From assembly GCF_964213995.1 (NCBI RefSeq), contig NC_135811.1:16306001-16370000 (forward strand): DNA of 64,000 bases, given 5' to 3'. Source of the stretch: Mustelus asterias (lineage: Eukaryota). Positions 26,290-37,450 of this stretch are shown here, in pieces. The notes under the pieces are model-generated. The model was not told the DNA's origin. It worked only from the letters and a program-made list of their open reading frames with translations, and did not search any database. Every line of letters starts with the position of its first letter. Within the stretch, counting starts at the first letter, position 1. Made by a program: the position numbers and the translations under genes.

Positions 26290-29162
26290 ACAAATAACAT
26301 ATCAGAAATGTTGGGGAATACAGGGTTTAGTGAGAGGGAGGAACTGAAGGAAATCAGGTATTAGTAGAGAAATGGTGTTGGGGTAATTGATGGGATTGAA
26401 GGCTGAACAATCTCCAGGGCCTGATAATTGACATCCCAGATTTCGAAAGCAAGTGGCCCTAGAAAAAGTGAATGCATTGGAGGTCATCTTCCAAGATTCT
26501 AAAGACTCTGGAACAGTTCCTAAAATCGGAGGGTAGCGAATGTAACCCTACTATTTGAAAACTGTGGTAGAGAGAAAACAGTGAATTATAGACAAATCAA
26601 GAGTCCATTATCAAAGATTTTACAGCAGAGCACTTGGTAAACAGTCGTACAATTGGACAAAGTCAGCATGGATTTATGAAAGGGAAATCATGCTTGTCAG
26701 ATCTACTGAAAGTCTTCGCGGATCTAACTAGTAGACTTGACATGGGGCGGCACAGTGGTGAGCACTGCAGCTTCACAGCGCCAGGGAACACGGGTTCGTT
26801 TCCCGGCTTGGGTCATTGTCTGTGCGGAGTTTGCACATTTTCCCCATGTCAGCGTGGGTTTCCTCTGGGTGCTCTGCTTCCTCCCACAGTCCAAAGATGT
26901 GCTGGTTAGGTGGACTGGCCATGCTAAATTCTCCCTCAGTGTACCCGAATAGGCGCCGGAGTGTGGCGACTGGGGGATTTTCACAGTAACTTCATTGCAA
27001 TATTAATGTAAGCTTACTTGTGACACGAATAAATAAACTTAAACTGATGAGGGGGAGCCAGTGGATGTGATTTATTTGGACTTTGAGAAGGCTCTCGACA
27101 ACGTTCCACGTAAGAGATTAGTGTCTAAAGTTAAAGCACATGGAATTAGGAGTGGTGTATTGAGATGGATAGAAAACTGGTTGGCAGAGAGGAAACAAAG
27201 AATAGGTATAAACAGGTCATTTTCCGAATGGCAGGCAGTGACTAATGGGATATTGAGGCGATCGGTGCTAGGACCCCACCTATTCACAATATATATTAAT
27301 GCTTTAGGTGAGGGAACTAAATGTAATATCTCCAAATTTGCAGCTGGGTGGGAGGGAGGTGAGGTGAAGGCAAAGATGCTTCAGTATGATTTGGACAAGC
27401 TGGGCAAATGCATGACGGATTCAGTATAATGTGGATAAATGTGGGGCGGGACGTGGCACAGTGGTTAGCACTGCTGCCTCACAGTGCCAGGGACCCGGGT
27501 TCAATTCCTGGCTTGGGTCACTGTCTGTGTGGAGTTTGCATGCTCTCCCTGTGTCTGCATGGGTTTCCTCCAGGTGCTCTGGTTTCCTCTCATGCTCTGA
27601 AAGATGTGCTGGTTAGGTGCATTGGCTGTGCTAAGTTCTCCTTCAGTGTACCCGAACAGGCACCAGAGTGGGGCGACCAGGGGATTTTCACAGTAACTTC
27701 ATTGCAGTGTTAATGTAAGCCTTACTTGTGACTAATAACTAATAAACAAAACAAAAACATAAACAAAAAATGTGAGGTTGTCTACTTTGGCAACAAAAAC
27801 AGGAAGACAGATTACTATCTGAATGGCTATAAGTTAAGAGGGGAAGATGCACTGAAACCTCAGTGTCCTTGTACACCAGTTGCTGAAAGTAAGCATGCAA
27901 GTGCAGCAGACAGTAAAGAAGGCAAATGGTCTGTTGGCCTTCATAACAAGAGGATTTGAGATCAGGAGCAGGGATGTTTTGCTGAAAATATATGGTTTAT
28001 TTTATTTATTAGTGTCACAAGTAGGTTTACATTAACACTGCAATGAAGTTACTGTGAAAATCCCCTAGTCGCCATAATCCAGCACCTTTTCGGGTATACT
28101 GAAGGAGAATTTAGCATGGCCAATGCACCTAAACAGTGCGTCTTTGGGACTGTGGGAGGAATTCCACGCAGACACGGGGAAGACGTGCAGACTCCGCACA
28201 GCCAGTGACTCAAGTCTGGAATCGAAGCTGGGTCTCTGGTGCTGTGAGGCAGCAGTGCTAACCACTGTGTCACCATGCCGTCCTAGGGCATTGGTGACAC
28301 CTGGAATATTGTGCCCAGTTTTGGACTCCTTTGTCTCCTGAGGAAGGATGTTCTAGCTATAGAGGGAATGCAGAGAAGGTTTACCAGACTGATTCCTAGG
28401 ATGGCAGGACTGACGTTTGAGGAAAGTTGAGTCAGTTAGGATTATATTTGCTGCAGTTTAGAAGTGGGGGGTTGCGATGGTACAATGGCACAATGGTTAG
28501 CACTGCTGCCTCACAGCTCTCGGAACCTGGGTTTGATTCCGGCCTTGGGTGACTGTGCGAGTTTGCACGTTCTCCCCATGTCTGCATGGGTTTCCTCCAG
28601 GTGCTCTGGTTTCTTCCACAGTCCAAAGATGTGCAGGGTAGGTCGATTAGCCATGCTAAATTGCCTCTCAGCGTCGGGCAATTACCAGAGTAAATACGTG
28701 GGGTTACGGGGATAGGGCTTGGGTGCGATTGTTATAGGTGCAGGCATGATGGGCTAAATGGCTTCCTTCTGCACTGTAGGGATTCTATGATCTCATAGAA
28801 ACTTATAAAGCTCCAACAGGATTAGACAGAAAGGATGTTCCTGATGGTGGTGCTGACCAGAACCAGGGGTTATAGTCTAAGGATACAGCGTAAACATTTT
28901 AGGACTGAGATGGGGAGAAATTTCTTCACCCAGAGAGTGGTGAATCTGTGGAATTCACTACCACAAAAAGCAGTTGAGGCCAAAAAAGTATATATTTGCA
29001 AGAAGGAGTTAGATATAATGCTTGGAGCTAAAGGGATCAAAGGATATGGGAGGAAGGTGGGATCAGGCTACTGAGTTGGATGATCAGCCATGATAATGAA
29101 TGGTGGAGCCGGCTCTAAGGGCTGAATGGCATGCTGCTGCTCTTATTTTTTCTGTTTCTATG
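26290..29162 (+). mobile_element. Decayed CR1 LINE with four nested HE1-like SINEs
   Basis: RT motifs QHGFMKGKSC, DVIYLDFEKA and NFFTQRVVNLWNSLP. SINEs at about 26744-27040(+,B), 27444-27745(+,B), 27995-28280(-,B) and 28481-28790(+,A). Confidence 0.88.
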
Positions 29163-29359
29163 GTTACTGTCTCTGGCTAGTCAGCAATTTCTGTTGGACA
29201 ACACTGCCCAGAGCACATTCCCATTGGTGCTAGTAGTTAAATCCTGAACATCTGCTAAATTATAATGTTAAACTGTGACTACATGTGGAAATTGCTTCCT
29301 CATTCCCATTTGTACTTATTTTCTCATCCTTCAAAAACCCAAACTAGTGTCCATTCAAC

Positions 29360-29665
29360 TGGAGGTCTTGTAATGCAGTGGTAGCAATCGTTATCGCTGG
29401 GCCAGGAGCTTTGGATTGAAGTCCAGCCTCAGGACCTGATGACCATGGAAGGGGTGTTCCATAATGTGGCTAAGCAGGTCAATTATCAGCCTGTAAATCC
29501 TTCCGGTACACCTGATGGCAGGTGGTAAGAGCAGGAGAGTTCCCTGGTCAGCCATACTGCAGAAGGCAATGACAAACCACTGCAGTACTTTGCCCAGCAT
29601 AATTGTGGACCATCCAATTGAAATCCATGGTCTGCAACACTGTCTTGGTGCATAGTATCGAGCGT
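29360..29665 (+). mobile_element. Degenerate tRNA-headed SINE with an RTE/BovB-type tail motif
   Basis: Head gtaatgcagtggtagc...ggattgaagtcc; 3' part gaaggcaatgacaaaccactgcagtactttgcc. Confidence 0.5.
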
Positions 29666-31114
29666 GGGCGTGTACTTTCAAACTGCCAGCAATGCTACTT
29701 CTCAAACAGCTATGGAGATTTGCAATATGGTCTAATCTTGCAACAAAAAAAGTCTAAATAGAAGTATCGCATTGCCAATTAGAGGCTAACTGCTGAGCTA
29801 AGTTTCTACATTGCTAACTGCTTATAAACACAAACTCCCCAATCTTGGTCTAAACCCATACAATTAAGGTCAGAAAAAAAATCAACATACGTGTAGCTTT
29901 CCATCCCATTTATATATATTTTTTCTCCTTAACATTGTTTTAGAGCTGCGATATTTATGATACTTAGAAGTGTGCATATTGTTACATAAACTGATGTGAT
30001 ATCAGCATGAAAATGGAATTGCAACAAAATTAAGGAGCTATCCAAATGCTAATTAAACGAGTCTCCAAAATGGAAGCTGAAAAGTCAAAGAATGCATTGT
30101 GTTTCAAAAGGGTCGTGAAAATCACTTCCAAACTGCCCATCCCTTAGTCGGAACAAGAAGGAAATATGATGAAAAGTTGAAACTCCCTATTGAAAATACA
30201 TTTTTGGCTCTTGGCTACTACAAACACTTGAAACAACATAACGTTTAAAGGCTGAAAACATTTATCTCTGCACACCAGAAATCAGCTTAGTTGTGTTTTT
30301 GGATGTGGGTAGTCATGGGTTGCTGATTTAGTTTTTATGCGGGACAGTAATGCCTGAGAAATTGTTCTGCATTAGGTTTGCTGACAAGACAGTTCTAAAA
30401 GTAGAATGAATATTTAGATATTGTTTAAAAGTAACAGTTCAGCTTTTAAAATATTCAGTCTCATCTTTGTAACCGATTATAAGTTCTTTCTGAACGGAAC
30501 AGTCATTATTATCTTCGAGATTACTGACTGAAGACTTTTGTGGGTTTACATCACATCCTTCGTACATCGCATATCATGCACACAAACAACATACCAATAG
30601 CAATGACTTACACGACCAGTTAATCAGTTTTTGTACTGTTTGAAGCTGAAACCTTGGCCAGCATCCAGCACATGCCACAGGAGCGTTAACATCTATCTAT
30701 CTGAATCACTGAGACAGACATAAGGAGGGGGGGCAGGAATGCAATTCCACCAAATTACCAAATAGGCATCAACACCAATACTGGTATTTCCAGCATTTTC
30801 TATTTTTGGAGAGAGAATAGAGCCAACATTTCGAGTCTGGATGACCATGATGCTGTCAGACCTGCTGAGTTTGTACAGCATTTTCTGTTTTTGTTTCAGA
30901 TTCCAGCATACGCTGGTGGACCTTTTTCTCAGATTTGACCAAACAACATTCTTGGTAATCATAAAGATAGCTCAATTTAAGAAGAAGTGGTGCATCTTCT
31001 CTTGTCAGGAGCCACCAAAATCAATCATTTGACTGTCAGTCCAAAAGATGCTCTTTGACACATCTAGTTATCCAATTTACAAACTCTTTGAATATTAATG
31101 TTTTCATTACCTTC

Positions 31115-31412
31115 AGCACACAGTGGTTAGCACTGCTGCCTCACAGTGCGCCAGGGACCCGGGTTCGATTCTCGGCTTGGGCCACTGTTTATGGAGTCTG
31201 CACGTTCTCCCCCGTGTCTGCGTGGGTTTCCTCCAGATGCTCCGGTTTCCTCCCACAGTCCGAAAGACGTGCTGGTTAGGTGTGCATTGGCTGTGCCAAA
31301 TTCTCCCTCAGTGTAACCCGAGCAGGCGCCCGGAGTGTGTGGCGACTAGGGAATTTTCAGTCACTTCATTGCAGTGTTAATGTAAGCCTACCTGTGACAC
31401 TAATAAATAAAC
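31115..31412 (+). mobile_element. HE1-like SINE, tail B
   Basis: A/B boxes, V-domain and tail B. Confidence 0.88.
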
Positions 31413-31494
31413 TTGTTTTGGAAATACGGATTTGCCTTGTATAAGAGTGAAGGAGAACCACCTGTGTGTGTCCCGCCCCCCCCCCCCCCCCCCA

Positions 31495-31640
31495 TGATGT
31501 GGAGATGCTGGCGTTGGACTGGGGTAGACACGGTAAGAAGTCTCACAACACCAGGTTAAAGTCCAACAGGTTTATTTGGTAGGAAATGCCATTAGCTTTC
31601 GGAGCGCTGCTCCTTCGTCAGATAAGTGGGATTTCTGTTC
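31495..31640 (-). mobile_element. Penelope-like terminal repeat with a minimal hammerhead ribozyme
   Basis: Reverse complement of 31593-31621 is CTGACGA-A-GGAGC-AGC-GCTCC-GAAA-GCTA. Same family as 40545-40739. Confidence 0.75.
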
Positions 31641-31689
31641 TGTTTTGTTTCCCCCCCCATTGCAGAGAGCGCGGAGTCTTTGAAGTTTA

Positions 31690-32431
31690 AAAAAAGTCAT
31701 CTTTCCCGCTGCAGGCGGGGCGCGTATGCGCTAGCCCAAGCGGGAACGCGCACGACTTGCGCGCGCGCGCACCCGCGCGTTACCACGAGCACGCGGATAC
31801 GTTCCCGACATGTGCTTTTCACATGAAACCCGCGCGGCCAGTGTTGTGTGTTTGATGCGGGCAGGTGGGGGAGGGGAGGGGAGGGGGGTAAGAAACAGCC
31901 GATTGGTCAGACGAGACCCTATCCCCGCCCTCGCGGGGGGCTCCACCAACCAGAAGCGGGGAGCGTCCTCTCTATGACGTCACCTGTTGCCGAGTCGCTC
32001 GCTCCGGCTTGAGAGGGATGGTCCCCTTGTCAGGGAGGAGAATATGGGGGGGGGGGGCATTGTGGGAATTGTAGTCCGCTCACCTCGGCCTAGTTGGGCG
32101 AAGAGAGGATGGAAGAACTACATTTCCCGTGGTGCCGCGAGGCAGAGGGGGCTGGGCCGGGCTGCACGCAGGCGCACTGAAGCGGCTCGGTCGGAGCCGT
32201 CCTCCTCGATCTATCCTGAGGTAAACAAACTTGGACTGAGAGAGGGAGAGAGAGAGTGCGAGGAGGGTCGGCTGCTTGCAGATCGTCCGCTTCCCCCCCC
32301 CCCTTTTTATTTCTTTTTATTTTTAAAACAATTGTGTTTTTTTAAAATATAAATTCCACCCCTTTTACTTTTTTTTTGTACCTTATGTATATATAATAAC
32401 CCTATATATATATACGCGACCAAATAAAATA
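31690..32431 (+). promoter_or_regulatory. CpG-island proximal promoter of MXI1 exon 1b
   Basis: CpG-dense, with GCGC runs, reverse CCAAT (31902-31906), GC-box (31923-31930), CRE TGACGTCA (31975-31982), two divergent ZNF143/THAP11-type motifs (32057-32075 on -, 32117-32135 on +) and GTAAACAA (32221-32228). Confidence 0.8.
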
Positions 32432-32504
32432 ATGAACTCAGTACAATTAATCAACATCCAGAGACTGTTAGAAGCAGCCGAGTATTTAGAGAGGAGAGAT
32501 CGAG
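32432..32504 (+). CDS. MXI1: MXI1-like alternative first coding exon 1b (SR-alpha type; Sin3-interaction domain)
   Basis: MNSVQLINIQRLLEAAEYLERRDR(E) compared with human MERVKMINVQRLLEAAEFLERRERE. 73 nt, phase-1 donor G|gtaaag. Too short to appear in the ORF track. Confidence 0.92.
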
Positions 32505-32828
32505 GTAAAGCGGCACTGAAGAGATCCGATAAATTATTATTTATTGTTTTATAAAAATTCAAATCGCCCAAGTGTTCCAACTGCCATTAACCGCAGGAGC
32601 AGCAAACAAACCCCTCTCTCATGTGTGGAGAGAGAGAAATAAAACTGCGATCGTCAACAATAACACGCTCAAAAGACCAACCAAACAAACAAAGAAGAAA
32701 ATAATACCAAAGTTGAACTTGTGTGTGTTTTTTTTTCTCTCTTCTTTCCTTCAACCCCCCCCCCCCCCCCCCTCTCTCCCTCTCCTCTCCCTCTCCTCTC
32801 CCCAACTCCATCCACTCCCTCCTCTCAG

Positions 32829-32916
32829 AAGCCGAGCACGGATATGCATCGACGTTACCCTGCAGTGTGGAGGGGACGAGGAAGAAAATGAAAACCAAAA
32901 AGAACTCGAGCAATAG
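32829..32916 (+). CDS. MXI1: MXI1/MXD exon 2
   Basis: Long polypyrimidine tract ending in ag. Encodes AEHGYASTLPCSVEGTRKKMKTKKNSSN(R), with the EHGYAS family motif. Donor AG|gtaaaa; phases 1 and 2 fit the neighbouring exons. Confidence 0.92.
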
Positions 32917-33540
32917 GTAAAAGGAAACGCTCCTAATCCTCCAGGACCCACCTTCCAAACGCGAGAGGTATTGGCGTTAAAATCGGGGGCGGGGGAGTGG
33001 GGTAAATGAAAGCGAAAGGGAATTGGGCAGCGCTTGTTTGTAGCTGGTTGCCACTGGGACTGTACCCGCCATTTTATCTATTTTAAAAAAAATATTGACC
33101 CCCCCCCCCCTCTTTGAATTGATTGCAGGAAAGTACTGCAACTTCTTGAAAAAAAAATATGTATATGTATTCCCTTTCATCTGTGCAGCGAGTGTTGGAG
33201 GGAAAAAAAATGCAAAGCTAGTTTTGTTTTACATATATTGGAAGGGGGGGGGGGGTGCGAGCGCCATCTGTAATCAGCTGATTGTCAGATTCACAGTTTT
33301 AAAAACACACCACACACACAGGGATGTGAGATTAAACGGGGGCATGGAAGTCCCAATGTATTTTCCTTCTAAATTTGATCTTCTAGTCATTTTACATGTG
33401 GGTTCATCAGTTTCCACCCCCTCCATGGACCTGTTAATACAAAATGAAAATCTTGATGTACAGTATAAAAAGCGCACACTTAATTATCTCAATTGTGTTT
33501 TCTTGCCCAGCAGAAAATGCAGTGATTTTTGTTTGAAGTT

Positions 33541-33826
33541 TCTTTTGTTAGTGTCACAAGTAGGCTTGCATTAACACTGCAAGGAAGTTACTGTGAAAAT
33601 CCCCTAGTCACCACACTCCGGCACCTGTTTGGGTGACACTGAGGTGGAATTTAGCATGGCCAATGCACCTAACCAGCACATCTTTCAGACTGTGGGAGGG
33701 AACCGGAGCACCCGGGGGAAACTGACGGGGAGAATGTGCAGCCTCTCTACAGATAGTGACCCAAGCCTGGAATCGAAGCTAGGTCCCTGGTGCTTGTGAG
33801 GCAGCAGTGCTAATCACTGTGCCATC
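33541..33826 (-). mobile_element. HE1-like SINE, tail B, between about 150-bp direct repeats
   Basis: Reverse-complement SINE. Flanks 33392-33538 and 33830-33990 are similar. Confidence 0.85.
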
Positions 33827-34999
33827 TGCTTACATGTGGGTTCATCAGTTTCCAGCACCCCCTCCCTCATGAACCTGTTAAAACAAAATGAAAACCTGAT
33901 GTACATTATCAATTTAAAAAATAAAAAGCAACCCAAAAGCACCAATTATCTCAATTTCTTGCCTGTCAGAAAATGCAATGATTGTTGAAGGAACCGAGTA
34001 CAACCTCTAAGCCTTTAATTCCATATCTTAACTAGTTTTGTGGTCTTGATGAGAAAAATAGACATTTTGTGATTGAGGTATTAGAAATGTTTTGAGAGTA
34101 AAGTTTAATGATAATGCACAAAAATGTTTTGCACCCACTAACTAATTTTTGATTCATTTAAGTAAGCACAATTTAAAGAGTAGCTTTTAAGTAAACATTA
34201 AAGCCGCTCACCTCTTCAACTTGTGTATGTTTATCCTTTGGAATCAAATGTTTCTTTCTTGATGGTATAACCATTTTTAAAAAGTGAGTTTATGACCAGA
34301 TAATCATTATCCTGTGGGATGAAGATTACAGAAATGTTTTGACTACATGCTTGAGATGAAAGGCAATATTGCAACTGAAAATAATCTGGGTTTTTAATGA
34401 GAGGTTTTGGTTTTTCAAATTGCAGTACAATGAAAACACAGTGCTTGATAGCGCATGTCAAGACATGTATGGCTAAAATAAGTTATAGTCTGTCTATCCC
34501 CTACATGTGTCCCCCTCCCCATGGCCACTTCTAGTAGGACAAGAACGGGGTAATTTTTCTCATAAAATTGATACCAAAACTTGCCAAAGCCAAAATAAAC
34601 AGAGTGCATAACGAATCTTGCTAGTCAGGTGACATAAAATTGTACATCTTCTCTTGAAGAACACACTAATTATTGGTATTGTGCAATTCAGTAGTGTCTG
34701 AGAGACCCTTCTAACCTCCCCCTGTTTAAATGCCTCTCCTAAATTAGGTTATTTCATCTATTAACTGAGACAGTAGTGTTAGCCTACTCACTATGACTGG
34801 TATCATAGTTCAGGTCAATCCTGCTAGATGTCCACATCCAAACCTTTTATTGAAAAAGCTGATAAACAGTCAAAAGCAGGATCCATAGCTGAATATATTC
34901 CCTTCCTTTATTCAATCCAATTGTATCACATCTATCAGCAGCACTTCTACAATATCTATTAAATTAGCAACAGAAACTGGACCTGGGATTATATCATTT

Positions 35000-35385
35000 T
35001 TTTCAATTCCTTTACGGGACATGGGCATCACTGGCTAGGCCAGCATTAATTGCCCATCCCTAGTTGCCCTTCAGAAGCTGATGGTGAGCTGCCTACTTGT
35101 ACTGCTGCAGTCTTTGAGGTGCAGGTGCTATCAAGGAGGGAATTCCCGGATTTTGACTCTGTGACAATGAAGAAATGGTGATATATTTTCAGGTCAGGAT
35201 GGTGAGTGGCTAGGAGGGGAACCTCCAAGGGTGGTGTTCTCAGATATCTGCTTCTCTTGTCCTTCTAGCTGGTAGTGGTCATGAGTTTGGAACGTGCTGC
35301 CTTAGTAACTTTGGTGAGCTCCTACAGTGCATCTGTTCGTTGGTGGTGAAGGGCTTAAATGTTTGTGAAAGTAGTAGCAATCTTG
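35000..35385 (-). mobile_element. Family-2 CR1/L2-group LINE 3' fragment
   Basis: Reverse complement of the same tail and body as 1-500. Confidence 0.7.
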
Positions 35386-35624
35386 GCTCCATTTAAAAAA
35401 AAATCTCCAGCCGTTGCTAGTCAATCACCTTCCCTCTTTGAATTTATCTGAGGGTCTCAGCACTGGCCAAAATTGATTAAAACCCAATAGTCGAGCTGCA
35501 TCTTGGCAACTGAATGAGGCCCAAGGACGAATCCTCTATATTCTGAAGTATTATTGATGCATGCCACCAGAACAGCACCTGGTTTTGGGTTCTAATGAAT
35601 TTAGTTCCATTATTTGGAATGTAC

Positions 35625-35953
35625 ACACGGTAGCACAGTGGTTAGCACTGCTGCTTCACAGCTCCAGGGTCCCGGGTTCGATTCCCGGCTCGGGTCACTG
35701 TCTATGTGGAGTTTGCACATTCTCCTCGTGTTTGTGTGGGTTTCCTCCGGGTGCTCCGGTTTCCTCCCACAGTCCAAAGATGTGCGGGTTAGGTTGATTG
35801 GCCAGGTTAAAATTGCCCCTGAGATGCGTAAATTAGAGGGATTAGCGGGTAAATATGTGGGGGGTAGGGCCTGGGTGGGATTGTGGTCGGTGCAGACTCG
35901 ATGGGCCGAATGGCCTCCTTCTGCACTGTAGGGTTTCTATGATTTCTATGATT
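35625..35953 (+). mobile_element. Young HE1-like SINE, tail A
   Basis: Intact A/B boxes, V-domain and CR1-type tail with (gatttctat) repeats. Confidence 0.92.
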
Positions 35954-37420
35954 TATTATTTAATTTTCAGTCACTTGAATTTAAATGGGCTCCTCCTGGT
36001 GATTAGGTACATAAATTCACTATTTTAGTGTAATACTGAGCAGTGCAGAGCAGGAAGATTTATATTCCATGAGACAATGATTTTTTGGAGTGAGAAATTC
36101 CTGATAAAATTTAACACATATTGCCACTATTGAAATACAAAGTAGTAAATTTCTACTTTGGTGTAATAAGTATTTTTGTTATGTTCAACTTGGCATCCTC
36201 AAATATTAGCCAGTTTTCATTGTTGCTGAAATAGGTTTAAGGACTAGTTCTTATAAATGAATGTTTCACTGAAGTTTTTTGTGAAAAAACCTACACATTG
36301 TCTTGTGTGTAACTCCTGCCGATTATGATAGTGATCTGTTCAGAGGGCGTATAGTAGACATGATGGTTATGATGTGTGACTAGTTAGTAATCCTGAGGTC
36401 TGCTTGAATGAGTTGCAGACATGAGTTCAAATCCCACCATGACAGTAGGTGATTTTAAAGTTAGTCAGTTAAATGAATCTAGAATAAAAAGTTATCAGCA
36501 GTAATGGTGACCATGAAACTACTGGTTGACTTGCTAATGTCCATTAGGGAAATAAATCTGCCATCCTTACCTAGTCAGGCTTATAATGAAGTTGACTTTT
36601 AACTGCCCCCTGAAGTGACCTGGTTACCCATTTTATTTCTTAGGAATGGGCAATTATTGCTGGCCTTGCTAGCAATGCCCACATCCTGCAAACAACTTAA
36701 AAAAAGCAATAGTGGTGGTGCATAGCTAGAAGTCTCCCTGTTGCTTTTGTTCTTGCAAGCCTTCCTTGATGATATCATGCACATTCAAATGCAAGAATTC
36801 TTTTCATCTACTGTTCATTTCTTATGGGTTATATTCTCCCTGTGGGCAGGGATTGCTATCTTTCTCCTATGATTCATAGCAGGTGTTAGGAATTCATTGA
36901 TTTTTTTTGGCATTTTGTTTCTATGAATATTTTGTATTTTTATAAAAATGAATAACATTATTTTTATTAGATTGTATTTTTGTACAGATAAGGAAGGTCC
37001 CAAATTCAGTTATTGGTCCGTGACGAGTTGCTTGACCCTGGTTGTGGCAGTTCACTTGGCCTCAGCATCCATCGTATAGTGACAGAACAAAAATCAGTCA
37101 GCATTCTTGCCTAGGAATGCTGTCCAGTGGTTTCTGCTGGAAATTCTGTGTGTAGCTGTTAGGCAAAGACAAAACCAAGTTCAGAGGGACATCTTCCATA
37201 ACCCAATAGCCTGCTGACACTCTTGGGTAAAAGAATGACCACTTGAATAAGATACTAAAGGGCGAGTGGTGTACACAAGTCAGTGACTTCAGTAGAGAAG
37301 GGAAACATGTTGGAGGAAAAAAAGCTTAATTAAATTAAAACGTGCCACGTTTATTTCTCAGTAGTTCTGATGGAAATATTAAAAAGTTTTCAAAATAACT
37401 GCTAAATTTTTGTCTTGCAG

Positions 37421-37450
37421 ATCGACACACAATGAATTAGAAAAGAACCG
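37421..37450 (+). CDS. MXI1: MXI1/MXD exon 3 (30-nt exon; start of the basic region)
   Basis: tttttgtcttgcag|A TCG ACA CAC AAT GAA TTA GAA AAG AAC CG|gtaagt gives (R)STHNELEKN(R), identical to the human MXI1 basic region. Confidence 0.93.
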
